Below the pieces are notes generated by a model. That model was not told where the DNA came from, made no database searches, and was given only the letters and a program-made list of their open reading frames with translations. Made by a program: the position numbers and the translations under genes. From Actinomycetota bacterium (GTDB lineage Bacteria; Actinomycetota; Thermoleophilia; Gaiellales; Gaiellaceae), in NCBI GenBank assembly GCA_003139545.1, contig PLJC01000008.1:22874-86873 (forward strand): a DNA stretch of 64,000 nucleotides. The letters are read 5' to 3'. Numbering within the stretch: the stretch's first letter is position 1; each line of letters opens with the position of its first letter. This document shows positions 25,607 to 33,590 of the stretch, one piece after another.

Positions 25607-26244
25607 CTGACGTTGCCTCTGCGCCAAGCGTCGATGCGCGCGTGGTCGCCGGAGAGGAGCACGTCCGGCACCGTCCAGCCGCGGAAGTCCGGGGGCCGCG
25701 TGTAGTGCGGGTACTCGAGCGCCCCGCCGAGCTCGACCGAGAAGCTCTCCATCTCCCCGGAGCCCTCGGCCAGGGCGCCCGGCAGCCGGCGCGCGACCGC
25801 GTCGAGCAGCACCATCGCCGGGAGCTCCCCGTTGGAGAGGACGTAGGGGCCGATCGAGATGGCGTCGCTGCAGAGGTGCTGCACGATCCGGTCGTCGAAG
25901 CCCTCGAAGCGCGACGAGAGGAGCGTGACCTCCTCCTCGCCGGCGAGCTCCTCCACGACCTCCTGCGTCAGGGGCCGCCCCTGCGGCGTGAGCGCGATCA
26001 CCCGGCGCGGCGGCTCGTCGCCGTAGGCGGCCTCGAGCGCCGCGGCGACGACGTCGACGCGCAGGACCATCCCGGCGCCGCCACCGTACGGCTCGTCGTC
26101 GACCTGCCCGGCCCGGAGCGGCGTCGTGTCGCGGTAGCTGAAAAGGCGCAGCTCGAGCCCGTCGCCGAGGATGCCTGCGATCGGCCGCTGCTCCGTGAGC
26201 CAGGCGAACGCGTGCGGGACGAGGGTGAAGACGTCGACTCTCAT
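25603..26244 (-). CDS. trmD: tRNA (guanine37-N1)-methyltransferase
   Basis: VDDEPYGGGAGMVL, LLSSRFEGFDDR, SIGPYVLSNGELPAMVLLDAV. Confidence 0.95.
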   Translation of the reverse strand: MRVDVFTLVPHAFAWLTEQRPIAGILGDGLELRLFSYRDTTPLRAGQVDDEPYGGGAGMVLRVDVVAAALEAAYGDEPPRRVIALTPQGRPLTQEVVEELAGEEEVTLLSSRFEGFDDRIVQHLCSDAISIGPYVLSNGELPAMVLLDAVARRLPGALAEGSGEMESFSVELGGALEYPHYTRPPDFRGWTVPDVLLSGDHARIDAWRRGNVR

Positions 26245-26711
26245 TGCGGGTCTGCAAAGCCTGGAGCCACCACGATCCGCCCACCCTCGATATCCACCGA
26301 CCGCACGCAGGCTTCGACGAGCGGCAGGAACATGCCCGAGTCCAGCTCGAGCACGTCGTTCGCAGGGTAATCGACCACGTCGGCAACGCGGCCCAGGAAC
26401 CGGCCTCCCTCCTCCTCCACGGCCACGCCGACGAGCTGAAAGGCGTAGTACTCATCCTCCCCGAGCGGAGGAAGGCTCTTACGGGGCACGGCCAGGACGG
26501 CGCCGCGCTCGACCGCCCGGTCGAGCTTGATCACGGGCCGATTTCCGCCTCCACGGCGGGAGACGACCACTTTCGCGGGCTCGTCGCCCACGTAGACCTC
26601 CGCGTCCTTCGCGAAGACGGCGGGATTGTCGCTCGGGACCTCGACGAAGAACGCGCCGTCGACCCCGTGCGGCCGGCCCACACGACCGACCGGGACGAGG
26701 TCAGAGGCCAA
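26241..26711 (-). CDS. rimM: 16S rRNA processing protein RimM
   Basis: 156 aa from TTG 26711. VPVGRVGRPHGVDGAFFV... plus a PRC-barrel C-terminus. The start is uncertain. Confidence 0.85.
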   Translation of the reverse strand: MASDLVPVGRVGRPHGVDGAFFVEVPSDNPAVFAKDAEVYVGDEPAKVVVSRRGGGNRPVIKLDRAVERGAVLAVPRKSLPPLGEDEYYAFQLVGVAVEEEGGRFLGRVADVVDYPANDVLELDSGMFLPLVEACVRSVDIEGGRIVVAPGFADPQ

Positions 26712-27291
26712 TGCGCGTGTACTCGGCGAGCGTCTCGGCCCGCGTGTGCTCCGGGGCGGGCGCGCCCTCGTACGGCGTGAACCGGTGGACGAGGTCGAGC
26801 GTCCAGTACGCACCCGGCTTCGCTTCGAACGGCTTGCCGACACTGCCGGAGTTGATCACTCGCTTTCCCGCGATCGTGCGCTCGAATTGCATGTGCGTGT
26901 GCCCGCACACGACGACGTCGGCGTCGACGTCCTCGAACAGGAATGCGATGCGCTCCTCGGGAGTGCGCTCAGTGAAGATGTCCATGTCGTTACGCGGCGT
27001 TGCGTGGCAGTACAGAACGCGATCGATCTGCACCGTCGGCGGGAGGCCGTGGAGAAACGTGACTTGCTCGCCGCTCAGGTGCGACTCCGTCGTGATCTCT
27101 CGGTCCGTGTTGCCCCGTACCCAGACGACTCGCTCGCCGAGCGCGCGCAGCCGCTCGAGCGCCTCGGCCGGTTGCTCACCGGCGAAGCAGATGTCGCCGC
27201 CAATGACGATGGTCGCGTCGTCCGGGATCTCGGCGAGCACGACCTCGAGCGCGGCGAGATTCCCGTGGATGTCGTACAGAGTGGCGACCAC
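26701..27291 (-). CDS. metallophosphoesterase family protein (YfcE-like)
   Basis: DIHGN, GGDICF, RGNTD, CGHTHMQF. Confidence 0.85.
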   Translation of the reverse strand: MVATLYDIHGNLAALEVVLAEIPDDATIVIGGDICFAGEQPAEALERLRALGERVVWVRGNTDREITTESHLSGEQVTFLHGLPPTVQIDRVLYCHATPRNDMDIFTERTPEERIAFLFEDVDADVVVCGHTHMQFERTIAGKRVINSGSVGKPFEAKPGAYWTLDLVHRFTPYEGAPAPEHTRAETLAEYTRIGL

Positions 27292-27524
27292 TACCCGGCG
27301 ATCTCGAGCTGCATCCGACGACCCGCGTTCGGGCCGCCAGCCCTCACAACCGCGCGCAACGCGCGAGCGATGCGCCCCTGCCGGCCGATCACCTTGCCCA
27401 CGTCGCCCTCGGCGACGTGCAGGCGAAAGACGAGCGAGCCATCGTCGCCTTCGACCTGCTCGACGCGCACGGCGTCGGGCTCGTCGACGAGCCGCCGCGC
27501 CAACTCGGCGAGCAGCTCGTCCAC
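27291..27524 (-). CDS. KH-domain RNA-binding protein (YlqC family)
   Basis: 77 aa from GTG 27524 with a GGAAGGGG RBS. GDVGKVIGRQGRIARALRAV. Confidence 0.85.
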   Translation of the reverse strand: MDELLAELARRLVDEPDAVRVEQVEGDDGSLVFRLHVAEGDVGKVIGRQGRIARALRAVVRAGGPNAGRRMQLEIAG

Positions 27525-27689
27525 GTTAGTGCCCCTTCCAGCAACAGTCAGTGCGTCCCTGGGCGGCTGCAAAGCGGCGCGCTGCTGCGTCCTCGGTCGC
27601 TTCCGTAGCTCTGCTACGGCCGCTCCCTGCGTCCTTGCATCGCTTGCTTTTCGCGCGCCAGGAACGCGAGACCGTCACTGGAAGGGGCA

Positions 27690-27932
27690 CTAAGAGATTC
27701 CCTTGATCTTGAGCAGCTTGGCGACGGGATCCGTCGGCTGTGCGCCCTTCTGCAGCCAGCTCCGAACCTTCTCCTCGTCGAACTCGATCAGCGACGGCTC
27801 GTGCTGCGGGTTGTACCGGCCGACGATCTCGATGAACTTGCCGTCACGCGGCGAGCGCGTGTCGGCGGCGACGACGCGGTAGATCGGGTTCTTCTTCGAC
27901 CCGACCCGCGTCAACCTCAATTTCACTGACAT
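27690..27932 (-). CDS. rpsP: 30S ribosomal protein S16
   Basis: [35 protein letters not shown]. Confidence 0.95.
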   Translation of the reverse strand: MSVKLRLTRVGSKKNPIYRVVAADTRSPRDGKFIEIVGRYNPQHEPSLIEFDEEKVRSWLQKGAQPTDPVAKLLKIKGIS

Positions 27933-27936
27933 TGAC

Positions 27937-29322
27937 TCACCTTCTCGCTTTCTTCTTTCGCTTGCTGGAGGACTTGCGTGTTGCGCTTGCCCTCGGCTTG
28001 GCGCCGGCGGCAGCTCCGGGGATCTGGGGCATCTTGCCCGATCCCATCATCTTCATCATCTTCGCCATCTGCTTTCGAGCCTCGAGCAGCTGGTTGACCT
28101 GGGGCACGGTGGTGCCGCTCCCGGCCGCGATCCGCATCCGCCGAGACCCGTCGATGACGTGCGGGACCCGCCGTTCATGCGGCGTCATCGAGAGGATGAT
28201 CGCCTCGACGCGGCCGAGCTCCTTCTCGTTCACCTGGTCGAGCCCTTCGAGCTGCTTGCCCATGCCCGGAATCATCTTCAGCACGCCCTGGAGCGGCCCC
28301 ATGCGGCGCAGCATCTTGTAGCTCTTGAGGAAGTCGTCGAAGGAGAACTCGCCCTTCATCATCCGGCGCTCGATCTCTTCCTTCTCGTCGTCGCCGACCG
28401 CGGCCTCCGCGCGCTCGATGAGCGTGAGCACGTCGCCCATCCCGAGGATGCGCGACGCCATCCGGTCGGGATGGAACCACTCGAGCGCGTCGAGCTTCTC
28501 GCCGACCGACGCGAGCTTGATCGGGCGGCCGGTGACGTGCTTCACCGACAACGCCGCGCCGCCGCGCGCATCGCCGTCGAGCTTCGTCATGAGGACGCCG
28601 TCGAAGTCGATGCGCTCCTGGAACGCCTTCGCGACATTCACCGCCTCCTGGCCCGTCATCGCGTCGAGGACGAGGAGCACGTTCGTCGGCTTCGCCTCGC
28701 GGCGCACGGCGGCGAGCTCCTCCATCAGCGCCTCGTCCACGTGCAGGCGCCCGGCTGTGTCGAGGATGACGACGTCGCGGCCGTCCGCCTTCGCGCGCTC
28801 GATGCCGTCACGCACGGCCTTGACCGGGTCGGAGCGCTCGTCCGCGTAGACCGGGACGCCGACCTGCTCGCCGAGCTGCATGAGCTGGTCGATCGCGGCC
28901 GGGCGCTGGAGGTCGGCGGCGACGAGCGCGGGCTTCTTGTCGTCCTTCTTCAGGAGGAGCGCCAGCTTGCCGGCGGCGGTCGTCTTGCCGGAGCCCTGAA
29001 GGCCGGCGAGGAGGATCGTCGTCGGCGGCCGCGGCGAGAACGCGAGCTGCGACGAGCCGGAGCCCATGAGGGCGGTGAGCTCGTCGTGGACGATCTTCAC
29101 CACCTGCTGGCCGGGCGTCAGGCTCTTGCGGACGTCCTGGCCCAGCGCACGCTCGCGCACGTGACCGACGAACTCGCGCGCGATCTCGAGGTTGACGTCC
29201 GCCTCGAGCAGGGCTAGCCGCACCTCCCGCATGGCGCGGGAGATGGCCTCCTCGTCGAGCGTTCCGCGGCTGCGGAGGTCGCCGAGGGCGCTCTGAAGCT
29301 TGTCCGAAAGGGCGTCGAACAC
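27937..29322 (-). CDS. ffh: signal recognition particle protein Ffh
   Basis: 461 aa from GTG 29322. [46 protein letters not shown] and a Met-rich M domain. The listed 1470-aa ORF is an antisense over-extension. Confidence 0.95.
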   Translation of the reverse strand: MFDALSDKLQSALGDLRSRGTLDEEAISRAMREVRLALLEADVNLEIAREFVGHVRERALGQDVRKSLTPGQQVVKIVHDELTALMGSGSSQLAFSPRPPTTILLAGLQGSGKTTAAGKLALLLKKDDKKPALVAADLQRPAAIDQLMQLGEQVGVPVYADERSDPVKAVRDGIERAKADGRDVVILDTAGRLHVDEALMEELAAVRREAKPTNVLLVLDAMTGQEAVNVAKAFQERIDFDGVLMTKLDGDARGGAALSVKHVTGRPIKLASVGEKLDALEWFHPDRMASRILGMGDVLTLIERAEAAVGDDEKEEIERRMMKGEFSFDDFLKSYKMLRRMGPLQGVLKMIPGMGKQLEGLDQVNEKELGRVEAIILSMTPHERRVPHVIDGSRRMRIAAGSGTTVPQVNQLLEARKQMAKMMKMMGSGKMPQIPGAAAGAKPRASATRKSSSKRKKKARR

Positions 29323-29382
29323 GGCTGGCCAGTGTACTGGCGGCACTTTGCGCCTTTTGGCTCTTGGAGGGACACTGTCGGC

Positions 29383-32211
29383 ATGGCCTCCGCAGCCGCC
29401 GTCATGCGGAAGACCGTCACGGTGCTCTTCTGCGACGTCGCGGGCTCGACCGAGCTCGGCGAGCGGCTGGACCCCGAGGCGCTGCGCGCGGTCATGACCC
29501 GCTGGTTCGACGCGATGCGTGCGCCGGTCGAACGCGCCGGCGGAACGGTGGAGAAGTTCATCGGCGACGCGGTGATGGCCGTCTTCGGCGTGCCGTCCGT
29601 CCACGAGGACGACGCCTTCCGGGCCGTGCTGGCGGCCGTCGAGATGCGCGATGCCGCGGTCCCGCTCGGCCTGCAGGTGCGCATCGGCGTCAACACCGGC
29701 GAGGTCGTGACGGGCGACGGCGCGACGACGCTCGTCACCGGGGACGCGGTCAACACGGCGAAGCGGCTGGAGGAGGCAGCGGCGCCCGGCGAGATCCTCA
29801 TCGGCGCGGCCACCCGGCGGCTGGTCGCGAACGCCACGGTGCTCGAACCGGCGGGCGCGGTCGCGGCGAAGGGCAAGCGCGAGCCGGTGGAGGCCTGGCG
29901 CGTGCTCGACACGATCGCGGATGCAACGCCGTATGCGCGCCGCCTCGACGCGCCGCTCGTCGGCCGCGTGCGGGAGCTGGCGCTGCTCGACGACGAGCTC
30001 GGAGCGGTGATACGCGATAGCGCGTGCCGCCTCGTCACCGTCACCGGCACCGCCGGCGTCGGGAAGTCGCGCCTTGCGCGCGAGTTCCTCGCCCGTGCCG
30101 GGCCGGCCGCGCGCGTGCTCACCGCGCGCTGCGTCCCCTACGGCGACGGGATCACGTTCCTGCCCCTGCGCGAGCTGCTCGCCGAAGCGGGCGAGGAGCA
30201 ACTGCTCGCCGCCGCGTCGAGCGAGGAGACGTTCTTCGGCGTCCGGCGGCTGTTCGAACGGCTCGCCGCCGAACAACCGCTGCTCGTCTGCTTCGAGGAC
30301 CTGCACTGGGCGCAACCGACGTTCCTCGACCTCATCGAGTACGTCGCCGGTTGGAGCCGCGGCGCCCCGATCCTCCTCCTCTGCCTCGCGCGGCCGGAGC
30401 TGTCCGACGAGCGCCCGCGCTGGCCGGGCGCGGCAATCGCGCTCGAGGCGCTGAGCGGGTACGAATCGGCGGCGCTCCTCGACGAGCTCGCGGCCGAGTG
30501 GCCCATCGACCCGTCGGCGCGGCAGCAGATCGAGGAGGCAGCGGAGGGCAACCCGCTCTTCCTCGAGCAGCTCGTCGCGATGGTGGCCGAGTACGGGCCT
30601 GACGCGGCCATCCCGCCGACCATCCAGGCACTGCTCGCGGCGCGGCTCGACCGGCTCGACCAGAACGAGCGGGCGGTGCTCGAGCGCGCGTCGGTCGCCG
30701 GCCGCGACTTCTCGCGTGCCGCCGTCGCCGAGCTCTCGCGCGACGAGGAACGCGACGACGTCGCCGCGACGCTCCTCTCGCTCGTGCGCAAGGAACTCGT
30801 CCGTCCCGATCTCTCCGGCGCGCAGGACGAGGACCGCTTCCGCTTCCGCCACGCGCTCATCCGCGACGCTGCGTATAGCGGCATCCCGAAAGCGTTGCGC
30901 GCCGAGCTGCACGAGCGTTTCGCAGCGTGGCTCGACGCGCGCGGCGCGGAGGACGAGCTCGTCGGGTACCACCTCGAACAGACGGCCCGGTATCGCGGCG
31001 AGCTCGGCGTTCCCGACGACGAACTCGCCGAGCGCGCCGGGGCTCTCCTTGCGGCGGCCGGCCGGCGCGCGCACGTCCGCGACGACATGCCTGCGGCGCG
31101 GAGCCTGCTCGAGCGGGCACTCTCGCTGGCCGATCTTGGCAAGGGCCGGCCCGTCGCGCTGCGCGGTCTCGCCGCCGCGAGCTGGGCGGTCGGCGATATC
31201 GATGCGGCAGCGGCAGCGATCGACGAGGCGATCGACACGGCGGCGCGCACCGGCGACGTGCAGCAGGAGTGGTACGGGCGGCTCGAGCGCGCGGCGCGGC
31301 GGCATCAGCTGCATGCGGCGGACGACGACCTCGAGGAGGTCGCGACCGAGGCGGTGCGCGTCTTCGGCTCGCTCGGCGACGACGCCGGCCTCTGCCGCGC
31401 GTGGCGACGCCTCGCGCTGCTCTCGTACTCGGCCGGGCACTGCGCCGAAGCCGCCGAGCAGGCCGAACGCGCGCTCGAGCATGCGCGCCGCGCGGAAGAC
31501 GCTGGCGAGGTGACGCGCACGGCCGATCTCTTCTGTTCGGCGCTCGTGTACGGACCGGAGCCGGCTGCGAGCGCGGCGCGACGCTGCCGCGAGCTCCTTG
31601 ACGCCGATGCGCCGAGCCGCGTGCTCGAAGCGGCGGTCGTGAGCGCATTGGCGTATCTCGCCGCGATGCAGGGATCGTTCGACGAGGCGCACGCGCACGC
31701 CGCGCGTGCCGCCGCGATCTACGAGGAGCTCGGTCTCCCACTCCTCCGCGCAGGCCTCGCGGAGTGGATCGCTGCAATCGAGATCCTCGCCGGCGATCTC
31801 GGCGCCGCGGAGCGCGAGCTCCGCCTCGGCCGCGGGTTGTTCGCAGACGCGGGCGCGGGGCCGCTCGCCGGGGCCATCGCGGCGTCGCTTGCGCGCGTCG
31901 TCCTCGAGCGCGACCGGCTCGACGAGGCAGAGGAGCTGGTCGAGCTCGCTCGGAGCACCGTCGACGAGCGTAACCTCGGCGGTTTCGTCGATACACGCCT
32001 CGCGTGCGCGCGGCTCGCCGAGCTCCGCGGACGGCCGGACGAAGCCGCGCGGCTCGCCCACGAGGCTGTCGTCCGCCTCGAAGGCACCGACACGATCCGG
32101 CTCGCAGACGCGCTCGCGGCGTCCGGCCGCCTCACAGAGGCGATCGAGCTGCACGAGCGCAAAGGGAACGTCGCCGCCGCAGAGTTGGTCATGGCACGCG
32201 CCGCGCGATAA
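29383..32211 (+). CDS. class III adenylate/guanylate cyclase domain fused to a STAND/AAA ATPase and a TPR-like C-terminal region
   Basis: 942 aa from ATG 29383 (GGAGGG RBS). VTVLFCDVAGSTELGE...KFIGDAVMAVFG...GVNTGEVV, then Walker A VTGTAGVGKS, then a long helical repeat region. Confidence 0.85.
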   Translation: MASAAAVMRKTVTVLFCDVAGSTELGERLDPEALRAVMTRWFDAMRAPVERAGGTVEKFIGDAVMAVFGVPSVHEDDAFRAVLAAVEMRDAAVPLGLQVRIGVNTGEVVTGDGATTLVTGDAVNTAKRLEEAAAPGEILIGAATRRLVANATVLEPAGAVAAKGKREPVEAWRVLDTIADATPYARRLDAPLVGRVRELALLDDELGAVIRDSACRLVTVTGTAGVGKSRLAREFLARAGPAARVLTARCVPYGDGITFLPLRELLAEAGEEQLLAAASSEETFFGVRRLFERLAAEQPLLVCFEDLHWAQPTFLDLIEYVAGWSRGAPILLLCLARPELSDERPRWPGAAIALEALSGYESAALLDELAAEWPIDPSARQQIEEAAEGNPLFLEQLVAMVAEYGPDAAIPPTIQALLAARLDRLDQNERAVLERASVAGRDFSRAAVAELSRDEERDDVAATLLSLVRKELVRPDLSGAQDEDRFRFRHALIRDAAYSGIPKALRAELHERFAAWLDARGAEDELVGYHLEQTARYRGELGVPDDELAERAGALLAAAGRRAHVRDDMPAARSLLERALSLADLGKGRPVALRGLAAASWAVGDIDAAAAAIDEAIDTAARTGDVQQEWYGRLERAARRHQLHAADDDLEEVATEAVRVFGSLGDDAGLCRAWRRLALLSYSAGHCAEAAEQAERALEHARRAEDAGEVTRTADLFCSALVYGPEPAASAARRCRELLDADAPSRVLEAAVVSALAYLAAMQGSFDEAHAHAARAAAIYEELGLPLLRAGLAEWIAAIEILAGDLGAAERELRLGRGLFADAGAGPLAGAIAASLARVVLERDRLDEAEELVELARSTVDERNLGGFVDTRLACARLAELRGRPDEAARLAHEAVVRLEGTDTIRLADALAASGRLTEAIELHERKGNVAAAELVMARAAR

Positions 32212-32245
32212 CGTCGCGCAACCAAGACCGAGGGAGGGCACGCAC

Positions 32246-32467
32246 ATGGCGAAGAAAAAGAAGGCGGTGACCGGGACGGCCCAGGCCGGACCATCCATCA
32301 AGGGGCACTGGGACGGGTGGAACGCCGCGCTCGACGACGCGCTCGGCAAAACGGGCTGGAAGGCCGGTGACCACGACGCCGTGCAGGTCGAGTTCTACGC
32401 GAACGTCAAGGTCGTCAATCCGGGCAGCATCGTCGAGTACGCGGTGAAGCTCATCCCGCCGAAGTAA
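32246..32467 (+). CDS. small hypothetical protein
   Basis: 73 aa, GAGGGAGGG RBS, ordinary composition (MAKKKKAVTGTAQAGPSIKGHWDGWN...). Confidence 0.6.
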   Translation: MAKKKKAVTGTAQAGPSIKGHWDGWNAALDDALGKTGWKAGDHDAVQVEFYANVKVVNPGSIVEYAVKLIPPK

Positions 32468-33403
32468 CTAGTCGACGAGGGCCCGCGCGTAATCCTGCGC
32501 GTCGAACGGGCGTAGGTCCTCGAGCTGTTCACCGACGCCGACGAGCTTGACCGGGAGGCCGAGCTCGTAGGCGATCGGGATGGCGACCCCGCCCTTCGCC
32601 GATCCGTCGAGCTTCGTCAACGCGACGCCGGTCACACCGACCGCTTCCTTGAAGAGGCGCGCCTGCTGCACGCCGTTCTGGCCCGTCGTCGCGTCGACGA
32701 CGAGCAGCGTTTCGTGCGGCGCGCCGTCGAGCTTGCGCTCGATCACGCGGCGCACCTTCGCGAGCTCCTCCATGAGGTTCGTCTGCGTGTGCAGGCGGCC
32801 AGCGGTGTCGACGAGGACGACGTCGCGGCCGCGCGCCTGCGCCGCCTCGATTGCGTCGTAGGCGACCGCAGCCGGATCGGCGCCGCGTTCCGAGCCGACG
32901 AAGTCGGCGCCCGCGCGCTGTGCCCAGATCTCGAGCTGCTCCTCCGCGGCGGCGCGGAACGTGTCGGCCGCAGCGACGACGACGGAGTGACCGCGCGCGG
33001 AGAGGATGGCCGACAGCTTGCCGATGGTCGTCGTCTTCCCCGTTCCGTTCACGCCGACGACGAGGATCACCGCCGGTGCGTGCTTCACGTCCAGCGTCGG
33101 CGGCTCGCCGAAGAGCAGGGCGATCTCGTCCGGAAGCGCGGCGATGTCACCGCGCGCCTCGAGCCTGCGCACGAGCTCGGCGGTCGCCGGCACGCCGACG
33201 TCCGCTTGGAGCAGCGCTTCCTCGAGCCGCTCCCAGGAGAGATCGTCACCGGGATCGAACGCTGCGACCTGGATCTGCTCCGTCAGCGCGCGGCGCGACT
33301 TCGAGAGCGAGTCGCGCAGGCGCGAGAACATCCCGGCCCGTTCCGTCTCCGGCTCCGGCGCGGCCTCGTCTTCGCCGAGTAGCTCGGCCCAGCTCCGCGA
33401 CAT
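32468..33403 (-). CDS. ftsY: signal recognition particle receptor FtsY
   Basis: [31 protein letters not shown]. Confidence 0.95.
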   Translation of the reverse strand: MSRSWAELLGEDEAAPEPETERAGMFSRLRDSLSKSRRALTEQIQVAAFDPGDDLSWERLEEALLQADVGVPATAELVRRLEARGDIAALPDEIALLFGEPPTLDVKHAPAVILVVGVNGTGKTTTIGKLSAILSARGHSVVVAAADTFRAAAEEQLEIWAQRAGADFVGSERGADPAAVAYDAIEAAQARGRDVVLVDTAGRLHTQTNLMEELAKVRRVIERKLDGAPHETLLVVDATTGQNGVQQARLFKEAVGVTGVALTKLDGSAKGGVAIPIAYELGLPVKLVGVGEQLEDLRPFDAQDYARALVD

Positions 33404-33567
33404 CGCGCCACACTAACCGGCCCCCGCACGATGTCCATCAGGGACACGACCGGGTCCAGGCCCCGTTACGGAAGTGTCACGACTTCCACACGACTCCGTT
33501 TGGGTACCTGGTACCTGAACGTTTGCGTCACGCAACTGTGACGGCCGTGAGCACGGGCTCAGTTCCC

Positions 33568-33590
33568 GGTGTCAGACGGTGTCTGACACC
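33568..33590 (-). terminator. perfect 10-bp stem / 3-nt loop hairpin abutting the smc stop codon (no U-tract)
   Basis: GGTGTCAGAC-GGT-GTCTGACACC. Confidence 0.4.

Noticed and set aside
27937-32349. 1470-aa minus-strand ORF, the longest in the window
   Set aside because: Only the C-terminal 461 aa is Ffh. The rest is an Arg/Ala-rich frame that stays open antisense to the plus-strand cyclase-STAND gene, a typical high-GC shadow ORF.
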